A stretch of 61,534 nucleotides of DNA, filler included, from Actinomycetales bacterium (GTDB lineage Bacteria; Actinomycetota; Actinomycetes; Actinomycetales; CAVURS01): NCBI GenBank assembly GCA_045807245.1. It is 5 parts of 5 records of this genome, joined end to end, with 100 filler letters (N's around TTAATTAATTAA, not from the genome) between each part and the next. Parts side by side here need not be neighbours in the genome. Positions count along the whole stretch, not along the records: positions 1 to 25,738 come from JBJMHS010000019.1; 4 more parts are not named here. The stretch is one strand, 5' to 3'. Under the pieces are notes generated by a model. That model saw only the letters and a program-made list of their open reading frames with translations. It searched no databases and was not told the origin of the DNA. The position numbers and the translations under genes were made by a program. Positions 1 to 8,164 of the stretch are shown piece after piece. Every line of letters begins with the position of its first letter. The first letter of the stretch is position 1.

Positions 1-1
1 C

Positions 2-898
2 GGCGGCGTAGCCGCGACGGAGATGCTGACCGCCAGCCCGGCCGCGGCGGCGGCGGGCGACCCGTTGACCCTCGGCCAGAACAACGACGCGGGCAACGCC
101 AAGACGGTCGTCAACAGTGGCGCGCCCAGCGCGACGCTCGACGTGCGCCACGACTCGAACATCGCGAACCTGCGGCTAGCGCCGGTCGAGGACTCGGTCG
201 CGTACGGCGACCCCAGCACGGGCAACGGCGACACCGGCGGCACCATGCTCGGCGGTGAGCTGCTCAACCTCACCGAGCACGTCGACGACGGCACGGTCGG
301 CGGGCAGGACATCGACACGCTGTTCTGGATGGCGGGCGACAACGCCGCCAAGGACCTCAGCAACCTGGCCGTGGTCCTGACCACGGCGACCGGCACGGTG
401 TTCGTGCCCTACGGCCCGTTCCGCGCGCTCGACACGCGCAGCAACCGCAGCCTGCTGGCCAGCACGACGGTCCTGGACACCCAGCACCGGCTGGTCGCAG
501 GCAAGACCCTGGAGCTGCAGCTCGACAGCTTCGTGCAGTTCGCGTACGCAGTCCACTTCAACATCACGGCGGTGAGTCCGGCCGGCGGCGGCTACATGAC
601 CGCCTTCGGCTCGCAGACGGCGGGTGGCGGTCCGGCCCGCCCGACCGCCTCGAACATCAACTTCACCAAGAGCGTCACGATCGCCAACCACGGCGTCTCG
701 CCGCTGTCCGACCGGCTGTCGCTGTTCGTCTACGCCTCGCAGACGACGCACGTGATCATCGACATCCAGGGCTGGACGCTGCCGGACTTCAGCTTCCTGC
801 TCGGCAACGCGGGAGCGAAAGCGGGCACGCAGTTCCGCTCGCAGGCGACCAAGAACGGGCTGGGCGTCGTCCGACGTCCGGTCCAGCGCAACAAGTAA
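2..898 (+). CDS. Secreted/surface protein with C-terminal actinobacterial 'R-x-x-DTR' surface domain; 5' end probably lies left of the window
   Basis: Frame is open to the window edge (GGVAATEMLTASPAAAA, like the end of a signal peptide). C-terminal FVPYGPFRALDTR...NITAV...PTASNINF...IAN...HVIIDIQGW pattern. Confidence 0.6.
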   Translation, partial: GGVAATEMLTASPAAAAAGDPLTLGQNNDAGNAKTVVNSGAPSATLDVRHDSNIANLRLAPVEDSVAYGDPSTGNGDTGGTMLGGELLNLTEHVDDGTVGGQDIDTLFWMAGDNAAKDLSNLAVVLTTATGTVFVPYGPFRALDTRSNRSLLASTTVLDTQHRLVAGKTLELQLDSFVQFAYAVHFNITAVSPAGGGYMTAFGSQTAGGGPARPTASNINFTKSVTIANHGVSPLSDRLSLFVYASQTTHVIIDIQGWTLPDFSFLLGNAGAKAGTQFRSQATKNGLGVVRRPVQRNK

Positions 899-915
899 GG
901 GCTGGGGGATACGGC

Positions 916-969
916 ATGTACGACGAGGACTGGAGCTGGCTGTTCACCACGGACGGCCGCGTCCGCTGA
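916..969 (+). CDS. Putative 17-aa small peptide MYDEDWSWLFTTDGRVR
   Basis: ATG at 916 preceded by GGGGGA; all third codon positions G/C; stop is followed closely by a hairpin. Confidence 0.35.
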   Translation: MYDEDWSWLFTTDGRVR

Positions 970-974
970 CTGCT

Positions 975-1024
975 CGTTGAGGTGTGGTTCGACCCGGTCG
1001 GCTGGGTCGAGCCACACCTCAACG
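975..1024. terminator. Long hairpin between convergent genes (bidirectional terminator or REP-like)
   Basis: cgttgaggtgtggttcgaccc ... gggtcgagccacacctcaacg; 21-bp stem with one G-U pair. Confidence 0.7.
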
Positions 1025-1044
1025 CGTCTCAGTCCGCCGGTACG

Positions 1045-1632
1045 TCATCGCTCGCGGGCGGCCGCGCGCTGGCTGCGCTGCTCGGGGATCCGGCGGCCGG
1101 TCGGCTGGCTGCCGTGCGAGCCGCGCCGGTCCGGGCCGTCGTAGCCGGCCGCGCCACGACGTCGGTCGACGACGTTCGCCCGCCGGTTCACCAGCGGGTG
1201 GGCCGGGTGCGGAGACATCTGCCACAGGGCCTGGCTGGCGCCGGTCGCCCCGCCGCGGACGGCCTCGCCGGGCAGGGCAGCGGTCAGAGCGCTCTGGACG
1301 GCGGAGCGCACGCTGCTCTCACTGAGCCCGAGGCCCCTGGTGTGTCCGGCGGCGGCGACCTTGCGGCGACCGCGGGGGATCCACAGCCGCAGCAGACGGC
1401 GCCTGGACTCCCGGCGTCGCGCGCGACGAACCAGGGCGGCCAGATGGTCGGTCTGGGGCCCTCGGCGTTCGAGCGTGCCGGCGGCTGACGCCGTCGACCA
1501 GCCGACCAGCGCCGCCTCGGGCCGGGTGGCCAGAGCGAAGCGCAGGGCGGGGGCCGGAAGTCCGTCCAGACCGTCGCCTGGACCGGTGGTGGTCCGGGCT
1601 CTGACGCGGGCCCGGTCTTGGCTGTTGCTCAT
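1045..1632 (-). CDS. Hypothetical Arg-rich protein
   Basis: ORF directly downstream of the DUF4242 gene, with a GAGGA RBS-like site; no family recognised. Confidence 0.4.
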   Translation of the reverse strand: MSNSQDRARVRARTTTGPGDGLDGLPAPALRFALATRPEAALVGWSTASAAGTLERRGPQTDHLAALVRRARRRESRRRLLRLWIPRGRRKVAAAGHTRGLGLSESSVRSAVQSALTAALPGEAVRGGATGASQALWQMSPHPAHPLVNRRANVVDRRRGAAGYDGPDRRGSHGSQPTGRRIPEQRSQRAAARER

Positions 1633-1659
1633 CAGAATCAGTCCTCTTGGTATGGGGTT

Positions 1660-1932
1660 TCAGCGGTGGAAGAAGGGGTCGAGTACCGAGACCCGCGTGA
1701 CCCGGTCGACCGGCAGGTGGTTGCGGAGCGCGGCCCGCCGGATCGCGTCCTCGTCCGGCCCGTCGTACACGCAGAACGTGCGGCCGTCGTCGCAGGTCAC
1801 GTACGAGTGCAGCCAGTTCACGCCGAGCTCGGCATTCCGGTCCACGACGCGCAGGCAGGCCTCTGCGCCGGCCAGGGTTGCGGGGATGGCGAGGCCGTGG
1901 GCGAACGTGCGCTCCACGATGTATCTCGGCAT
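1660..1932 (-). CDS. DUF4242 family small (nickel-binding-like) protein
   Basis: MPRYIVERTF...WLHSYV..D.GRTFCVYDGPDEDAIRRAA.RN.LPVDRVTRV signature; AAGGGAG RBS. Confidence 0.85.
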   Translation of the reverse strand: MPRYIVERTFAHGLAIPATLAGAEACLRVVDRNAELGVNWLHSYVTCDDGRTFCVYDGPDEDAIRRAALRNHLPVDRVTRVSVLDPFFHR

Positions 1933-2017
1933 GTGGCTCCCTTCGTCGCGGCCCCGGTGTCGGGCCGATGAGGAGAACCTACGAACGCTCGACGCGCCCG
2001 AAATCGGTGACGAGTGC

Positions 2018-4600
2018 CTAACTCCGACGACCGCTGTGCCCAACTTTGCGTCGGGCCTCCTCGCGGGTGGTCACGTCGAGCTTGGTCAGGATCGCTGAGA
2101 CGTGGTGGTCGACGGTCCGCTCGGACAGGAACAGCCGGTCGGCGATCTCGGCGTTGGTGAGCCGCTCGCCCACCAAGTCCAGCACCTCGACCTGGCGCGC
2201 GGTCAGGCCGTGCGGGTTGTCCCGCGTCGCCCGCCGCGGTCCCCGCGGGATCCCCGCCACGCCCATCCGACGCAAGGCGGCGGCGGTCACCGCGGCCGCC
2301 GGCGCGGCGCCCATCTCGTTGAAGATCTCCAGCGCCCGGCGGACGTCGGACTCGTCCCCGTCGGTCAGGAGTACGGCGGCGTCGTACCGGTTGCCCGCCT
2401 CGATCAGCCGCTCGGCGGCGGCGATCGGGTCGGCCACCGCGTCGCGGAAGGCCCCGGACTGGTGCGGTGCCTGCTGGACGTCCAGCCCGAGGCGATGCAG
2501 CCAGACACCGAGCTCGGTGGCATCGCGGTAGTCCCCGTACTCGAGGGTGTGGCGATACACGGTGGCCAGCTCGCCGTCGGCCGGCACGGGTTCGCCGGAC
2601 AGCCAGGCGACCTCGGCCTGCAGGATGGCGAACCGCGCGGTCCGCTGGTTCTCGGCGAGCGTGCGGACGACGCGGCGCAGCTCGTCGGCGTGCGCGCGGT
2701 CCTCGGTGCCGCTGCGCAGGTTCACGGTGACGAGGGGCAGCAGCAGGACGAACCGATGCACGGGCGCCAGGCCCAGGATCGCCAAGGTCTCCAGGGCCTC
2801 GTCCCTGGCCTCGTCCCACCGTCCGAGCTGTGCGTTCATCTGCGCCCGGGTGGCCCGCAGGTAGGGCACCTGGAGGTCCAGGTCGCGGTGACCGCAGTAC
2901 TGCAGCGCCTCGGCGATGACCGGCTCGTTCTCGTGCAGGCGCTGGATCAGGACGAGGTTGCGGGTCAGGTTCACGTAGGCCCGCGCGACGTGGTCCTCGA
3001 AGTTGAGGTCGCGGGACATGGCCAGGCTCCGCCGGAGCAGGTCGAAGCCGCTCTCGTCCCCACCCATCACCTGGGCCGACCCGACGTTGTTGAGCGCGTG
3101 CGCGATGACCTCGGGCAGGTCGAGCTCCTCGGCGAGCGCGATGGCCCGCGTGCCCCAGGCGATCGCGGCCGCGTGACCGCTGCCGAGCATGTGCAGCTGC
3201 GACTGGACGCTCATCGCCATGGCCAGCTCGGGGCTCGGACCCAGCGGCGTGAGGATCTCCAGCGCCTCGGCCGCACAGCGCTCGCTCTCGGCCCGCTGGC
3301 CGTTGTACCAGTGCAGCCGGCCCAGCCAGCGCAGGTCGTCCCCGACCCGGAACCGCTGCCCGAGCCCGCGGCGCAGCGCCAGCGCCTCGACCCGGGAGGC
3401 GACGGCGTCCGGCAGGTTGCCGTACAGGTAGTGCTCGGTGGAGGCACGCTCCAGCAGCTCGGCCCGCTGCTCCTGCTCGGTCGAGAACGCCAGGGCCCGG
3501 GAGTACTGCCGGGCCGCGTCGCGGTGGGCCCCGAGACCGGACGCGCGGCGAGCCGCGGCCGGGGCGAACTCCAGGACGGCCGCACCGTCACCCGCGTCCT
3601 CGGCCAGCTCGGCCAGCTTGGCCAGCACGTCGTGGTCGTCCGAGCGCGAGCGCAGCGCGGCCAGGGCATGGGCGCTCAGCACGCGTCGTACCGGCTCGGG
3701 GGTGACCGACAGCACGGCCTGGCGGACCAGCTCGTGGCGGAAGGTGAAGACCGGCGGGGTGAGCCGCAGCAAGCCGGCTGTCGTGCACTCGTCGAGGGCG
3801 AGGGCGTCGACGCCGGGGATCTCCAGCAGGGCGGAGGGCTCCGCCCGCGGGCCGAGTACGGCGGCGGCGGTGAGCGCATGCCGGGCGGCCGGGGTCAGCC
3901 GGGCGCTGCGCGCCACGACGGAGTCGCGCACCGTCGCGGGCACGTGCCCGTCCTGCGCGTGCAGCACCTCACTGACGAAGAAGGCGTTGCCGGCCGTGCG
4001 GTTCAGGACCTCGCGCGGATCCTGGCCGGTGCCCTCGGCCAGGGTCGTGACCGCCTCGAGCGAGAGCGGTGGCAGGTCCAGCCGCGAGACGGCGGACTGC
4101 GTTGCGAGGTCGCCCAGCCGGCGGCGCAGCGGGTGCTCCGGACCGGTCTCGTCATCCCGGTACGTCGCGATCACCAGAGCGCGCAGCGTGCCGACCCGAC
4201 GGCCGAGGAAGCGCAGCAGGTCGAGCGAGGTCTCATCCGCCCAGTGCACGTCCTCGAACACCAGCAGCGTCGGTTGCGCCGAGGCGGCCAGGTCGGCGTA
4301 CAGCGCGTCGAACAGGCCGGGCCGGCGCTCGTCGTGCAGGATCGAGGACACCTCGGCGCCGAGCCCGCGGGCCATGTCCACCAGCGGGCCGGCCGGGCGG
4401 GGCGAGGCGAGCGGCTCGCACCAGCCGGTGAGCGTGCGGGCGCGCGAAGCCACGGAGTCGCAGAAGGTCTGAACCAGCAGCGACTTCCCGGCACCTGCCT
4501 CTGCCGCGACGAAGATCAGCCGCCCGGAGCCACGCGCCGCATCGTCGAACAGGCCGCGCAGGGTCGTCAGCTGGGCGTCGCGGTCGAGCAACCCGACCAC
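2018..4600 (-). CDS. AAA ATPase/TPR/LuxR-HTH transcriptional regulator
   Basis: Walker A AEAGAGKS, Walker B VFEDVHWAD, GNAFFV, and C-terminal LTARQVEVL...TNAEIADRLFLSERTVDHHVSAILTKL. Start approximate. Confidence 0.9.
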   Translation of the reverse strand: MVGLLDRDAQLTTLRGLFDDAARGSGRLIFVAAEAGAGKSLLVQTFCDSVASRARTLTGWCEPLASPRPAGPLVDMARGLGAEVSSILHDERRPGLFDALYADLAASAQPTLLVFEDVHWADETSLDLLRFLGRRVGTLRALVIATYRDDETGPEHPLRRRLGDLATQSAVSRLDLPPLSLEAVTTLAEGTGQDPREVLNRTAGNAFFVSEVLHAQDGHVPATVRDSVVARSARLTPAARHALTAAAVLGPRAEPSALLEIPGVDALALDECTTAGLLRLTPPVFTFRHELVRQAVLSVTPEPVRRVLSAHALAALRSRSDDHDVLAKLAELAEDAGDGAAVLEFAPAAARRASGLGAHRDAARQYSRALAFSTEQEQRAELLERASTEHYLYGNLPDAVASRVEALALRRGLGQRFRVGDDLRWLGRLHWYNGQRAESERCAAEALEILTPLGPSPELAMAMSVQSQLHMLGSGHAAAIAWGTRAIALAEELDLPEVIAHALNNVGSAQVMGGDESGFDLLRRSLAMSRDLNFEDHVARAYVNLTRNLVLIQRLHENEPVIAEALQYCGHRDLDLQVPYLRATRAQMNAQLGRWDEARDEALETLAILGLAPVHRFVLLLPLVTVNLRSGTEDRAHADELRRVVRTLAENQRTARFAILQAEVAWLSGEPVPADGELATVYRHTLEYGDYRDATELGVWLHRLGLDVQQAPHQSGAFRDAVADPIAAAERLIEAGNRYDAAVLLTDGDESDVRRALEIFNEMGAAPAAAVTAAALRRMGVAGIPRGPRRATRDNPHGLTARQVEVLDLVGERLTNAEIADRLFLSERTVDHHVSAILTKLDVTTREEARRKVGHSGRRS

Positions 4601-4681
4601 GAACGCATGATCGCACTGAACGGTTGTCCCGTTCACCGTCTGTTGCCCGCCAGTTTGCAGCGCGTCCCTAGGATTAGTTGC

Positions 4682-5671
4682 ATGAGCAACCTCGAGCGGC
4701 GCCCGGTCGAGGTGATGCTGGCCGAGGACCCGCGGTCGGCCGAGGCCTCGCCGGACGCGGTCGAGCTGCTCGAGCCGCGCGAGGTCCCGCTCGGTGGTCC
4801 GCGCGCCCTGCTGGTACGGCGGACGCTGCCCCAGCGGGCCCGCAGCCTGGTCGGCGCCTGGTGTTTCGCCGACGCCTACGGCCCCACCGTCGCGGCGGGG
4901 ACCTTGACGATGGACACGCCCCCTCACCCGCACACCGGGCTGCAGACGGTGAGCTGGCTGTACGGCGGCCAGGTCGAGCACCGGGACTCCACCGGTGTGC
5001 ACGCGATGATCGTGCCGGGCCAGGTCAACCTGATGACCGCCGGCGCCGGCATCCAGCACTCCGAGGTCGCGGTCGGTGACGCCCGGACCGCTCACGGGGT
5101 GCAGCTATGGGTCGCACTCCCCGAGGCGCACCGCGGTGTGGCCCCTTTCTTCGAGCACTACGTGCCCGAGCCGGTCGTCGTGGACGACGCCGTGCTGCGG
5201 GTCTTCGTGGGTGAGCTCGCGGGGGCCCGCTCGACCGTGACCTCCTTCACCGCCCTGGTCGGCGCGCAGCTCGACCTGCCCGCCGGCGGCATCGCGCGCC
5301 TCCCGGTCGACCCGGCGTACGAGCACGGGTTGCTGGTCGACGCCGGTCAGCCGTTGTTCGAGGGCCGGCCGGTGCCCGTGGCGCACCTGGCCGTGGTCGG
5401 CAGAGGGCGGTCCGAGGTGGTCGTCGCGGCCGGTGAGGAGCCGGTGCGCGCCCTGATCATCGGCGGGGAGCCGCTGGGTGAGCAGATCGTCATGTGGTGG
5501 AACTTCGTGGGCCGCAGCCACGAGGAGATCGTCGCCTTCCGGGACGAGTGGCAGCGCGACGTCATAGGCGGCGGCACGACGTCCGGCCGCTACGGGCACA
5601 TCGAGGGGTACGACGGGTCGCCCCTGCCCGCACCCGCGTTGCCCAACCTGCGCCTGCGTCCGCGCGACTGA
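4682..5671 (+). CDS. Pirin family protein
   Basis: PPHPHTGLQTVSW, HRDS, MTAGAGIQHSE, GVQLWVALP, WWNFV motifs. Confidence 0.95.
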   Translation: MSNLERRPVEVMLAEDPRSAEASPDAVELLEPREVPLGGPRALLVRRTLPQRARSLVGAWCFADAYGPTVAAGTLTMDTPPHPHTGLQTVSWLYGGQVEHRDSTGVHAMIVPGQVNLMTAGAGIQHSEVAVGDARTAHGVQLWVALPEAHRGVAPFFEHYVPEPVVVDDAVLRVFVGELAGARSTVTSFTALVGAQLDLPAGGIARLPVDPAYEHGLLVDAGQPLFEGRPVPVAHLAVVGRGRSEVVVAAGEEPVRALIIGGEPLGEQIVMWWNFVGRSHEEIVAFRDEWQRDVIGGGTTSGRYGHIEGYDGSPLPAPALPNLRLRPRD

Positions 5672-5676
5672 GCCCG

Positions 5677-5722
5677 AGTGTCAGCACCACGGCGGCGGAT
5701 CTGCCGCCGTGGTGCTGACACT
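5677..5722. repeat. Solo palindromic element TGTCAGC-N28-GCTGACA (copy A); probably also a bidirectional terminator
   Basis: Perfect 20-bp stem agtgtcagcaccacggcggc / gccgccgtggtgctgacact between convergent genes; 32/42 identical to the copy at 60491-60532. Confidence 0.85.
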
Positions 5723-5746
5723 GGGCCTGATCACGTGTTCGCGAAC

Positions 5747-8074
5747 TCACGCGGGTGCGTCGAGGGGGAGCAGCTCGTAGGTCGGGTTGGCGATGGCCAG
5801 ATGACCGTTGTGCTGGCCGAGCATGCCCTCGGCGCGCAGTGCCGCCCCTGGCTCGAGCCCCACGATCGTGCGACGCCCGTAGAACAGCAGGGTCACCCCG
5901 CCGGTCGAGTCGCAGAGCTCGGCCATGACGGCCGGGCTGCCTGCGATCGGTGAGAGACGAACCGACCGGACCCGGCCCTCGACCCGGGCGCGGTGGCGGT
6001 AGGCGACCTCGCCGATGGGGACGACGTCCGGGTGCTCGCTCACGCGGACGGCTGCCAACGGCAGCACTTCGCGTACTGCCGTGCCGTTGATCGGTTCCGC
6101 AGCAACGGTTTTCGTCATCGGCCCGGTGACGTCGGCGACGACTGGAGGCGCGGGCCGCACGACGTCGTAGGGCAGGATCGTCGCCGCGGCGCCGGGGACG
6201 CGACCCACGGCACCGGCGATGTCGTCCGCCGTACGGTCGTGCAGCAGGCGGCCGACGACGGCTGAGTAGGTACGGCGGGGGAGCAGGACCGTGACCTCGT
6301 CGCCCGGGTTGGTGACCGAGCGGGCGGCCAGCTCGACGGCCGCGCGCGGCAGGCGGCGGTCCGGGCAGTCCACCATCTCGAGCGGGACGTCCAGGCCGGG
6401 CTGGGCGTCCCACGCCGTCCGCAATGCCGCGGCGTGACCGGAGTCGATGACGATGTGCACGGCCCGCAGGTTCGGCGGTCGCAGTGACCGGGCGTAGCGC
6501 ACCGCACGGAGCACGGCCAGGTCGACCGAGTCGACCAGCAGCAGGACGGTCGAGCGGCTCCGTACGGGTCGTAACGCCGAAGAGCTCACGGCGGCAAGGG
6601 TTTCCGCTTCGCGTTGGTAGGTCCGGTGCAGCCGGAGCAGCGCCAGCACCATGACGGGGAAGAGGACCAGGACGACCCAGGCACCCTCGGTGAACTTGGT
6701 GATCGCGAAGATTGCGACGACCAGGGCGGAGATCGTGCCCGAGGCGACATTGACGGCGACCTTGAGCCGCCAGTGCCGATCTCGTCCGGCTCGGAAGTAA
6801 CGCGCCATGCCGTAGCCGGCGAGCGTGAAGCCAGTGAAGACGCCGATTGCGTAGAAGGCGACCAGGTTGTTGACGTGACCGCCCGTCACCAGGACCAGCA
6901 GGATCGATACGACGGTCAGCACGACGATGCCGTTGGAGAAGGCGAGTCGGTGACCGCGTTTGGTGAGCCAGCGGGGCAGGTAACCGTCGGAGGCGACGAA
7001 GTTGGCCAGGAACGGGAAGCCGTTGAACGGCGTGTTCGCCCCGGTGTAGAGGATGAGCATCGTCGCCAGCTGGACGAGCAGGAAGGCCACATGACCGACG
7101 GGGCTGTCGCCCAGGACGGCCTTGGCCACCTGGGAGATAACCGTCGGCGAGCCGGACTGGTACGGCACCGCGTGCGTCTCGTGCGCGAGCCAGGAGACGC
7201 CGCCGACCAAGGTGCCGAGGATGCAGCTCATCACGACGAGGGTGTGGCGCGCGTTGCGACCCTCGGGCGGTGTGAGGGCGCTGACCCCGTTGGAGATCGC
7301 CTCGAGACCGGTGAGCGAGGACCCGCCGTTCGCGAACGAACGTAGCAGCACGAAGACCGCCATCGCGGAAAGGATGCTGTGGCCGGTGCCGACCGGTACG
7401 CCGCCCGCGACGTGCGTCGAGTAGCGCGGCAGGTCGCCCACTATCTCGCGGACGAGCCCGCCGACGATGACGAACACCATCGACACGGCAAAGAAGTAGG
7501 TGGGGAAGGCGAACGTGCGGCCGGCCTCACGCAGTCCGCGAAGGTTGCCGCAGAACAACACAAGGACGACGCCGACCGTGATGGCCAGGGAGTAGTGGAC
7601 CAGGGCCGGCACGGCCGATGTGACGGCTGCTGTCCCGGCCGCGGCCTGGACGGCCACCGTGACGATGTAGTCGATCATCAGCGCGACCGCACCCACCTGT
7701 GCGAACACCGGCCCCAGGTTCTCGCGCGCCACGACGTACGACCCGCCGGCATGTGTGTAGACCATGACGACCGAGCGGTAGGAGAGCGTCACGATCACCA
7801 GGACGGCGAGGACGATGCCTGTCATGGGCAGGAGCAGCCCGTACGCCGCCAGCCCGAAGGTGGGCAGCAGGACGAGCAGGATCTCCTCGCTGCCGTACGC
7901 CGAGGACGAGATGCAGTCGCTGGAGAGTACGCCGAGGGCCAGCCGCTTGGAGAGCTTCTCGTGCTTGATCTGGTCCGTCGTCAGAGGCGGCCCGAGGAGC
8001 TTGCGCTTGAGCCGGTAGCCGATGCCCTCGGGCACGTCCACCGTCACCGGGAGGGCAGGCGGAGGCGCAGTCAT
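5747..8074 (-). CDS. KimA/YdaO-like APC-superfamily K+ transporter with C-terminal OB-fold
   Basis: LSSDCISSSAYGSEEIL, GGSYVVARENLG, IDYIVTVAV, TGLEAISNG and FYAIGVF match KimA motifs. Last ~90 aa (RARVEGRVRSV...DSTGGVTLLFYGRR...NPTYELL) look like an OB-fold. Confidence 0.85.
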   Translation of the reverse strand: MTAPPPALPVTVDVPEGIGYRLKRKLLGPPLTTDQIKHEKLSKRLALGVLSSDCISSSAYGSEEILLVLLPTFGLAAYGLLLPMTGIVLAVLVIVTLSYRSVVMVYTHAGGSYVVARENLGPVFAQVGAVALMIDYIVTVAVQAAAGTAAVTSAVPALVHYSLAITVGVVLVLFCGNLRGLREAGRTFAFPTYFFAVSMVFVIVGGLVREIVGDLPRYSTHVAGGVPVGTGHSILSAMAVFVLLRSFANGGSSLTGLEAISNGVSALTPPEGRNARHTLVVMSCILGTLVGGVSWLAHETHAVPYQSGSPTVISQVAKAVLGDSPVGHVAFLLVQLATMLILYTGANTPFNGFPFLANFVASDGYLPRWLTKRGHRLAFSNGIVVLTVVSILLVLVTGGHVNNLVAFYAIGVFTGFTLAGYGMARYFRAGRDRHWRLKVAVNVASGTISALVVAIFAITKFTEGAWVVLVLFPVMVLALLRLHRTYQREAETLAAVSSSALRPVRSRSTVLLLVDSVDLAVLRAVRYARSLRPPNLRAVHIVIDSGHAAALRTAWDAQPGLDVPLEMVDCPDRRLPRAAVELAARSVTNPGDEVTVLLPRRTYSAVVGRLLHDRTADDIAGAVGRVPGAAATILPYDVVRPAPPVVADVTGPMTKTVAAEPINGTAVREVLPLAAVRVSEHPDVVPIGEVAYRHRARVEGRVRSVRLSPIAGSPAVMAELCDSTGGVTLLFYGRRTIVGLEPGAALRAEGMLGQHNGHLAIANPTYELLPLDAPA

Positions 8075-8076
8075 TG

Positions 8077-8140
8077 TTGACACGCCATCGACGCTAAGTC
8101 GGCCGGATGCGTTGTTGGCGATCTTGACAAAGTCCTTATA
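8077..8140. promoter_or_regulatory. Candidate KdpE-type tandem boxes and -10 for the transporter gene
   Basis: TTGACA-N5-CTTATA (8124-8140) and TTGACA-N5-TCGACG (8077-8093) show the 11-bp periodicity of OmpR-family sites; minus-strand TAGCGT at 8096-8091. Confidence 0.45.
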
Positions 8141-8164
8141 GGAAGGCGGAGGACACTGGACACC

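Noticed and set aside
916..1488. Read-through of TGA 967-969 (selenocysteine or pseudogene) into the 982-1488 ORF
   Set aside because: The downstream 'coding-like' sequence is explained by the 975-1024 hairpin and the antisense gene; there is no Sec-type protein context.
2102..5671. 1189-aa ORF and other long overlapping ORFs (e.g. 5747-9055, 10989-12971, 35615-37717)
   Set aside because: Shadow or extended frames typical of high-GC DNA; the real genes are shorter or on the opposite strand.
8075..8164. c-di-AMP (ydaO) riboswitch upstream of the KimA-like gene
   Set aside because: The spacer is only 90 bp and is occupied by promoter-like elements; no room or recognisable motif.
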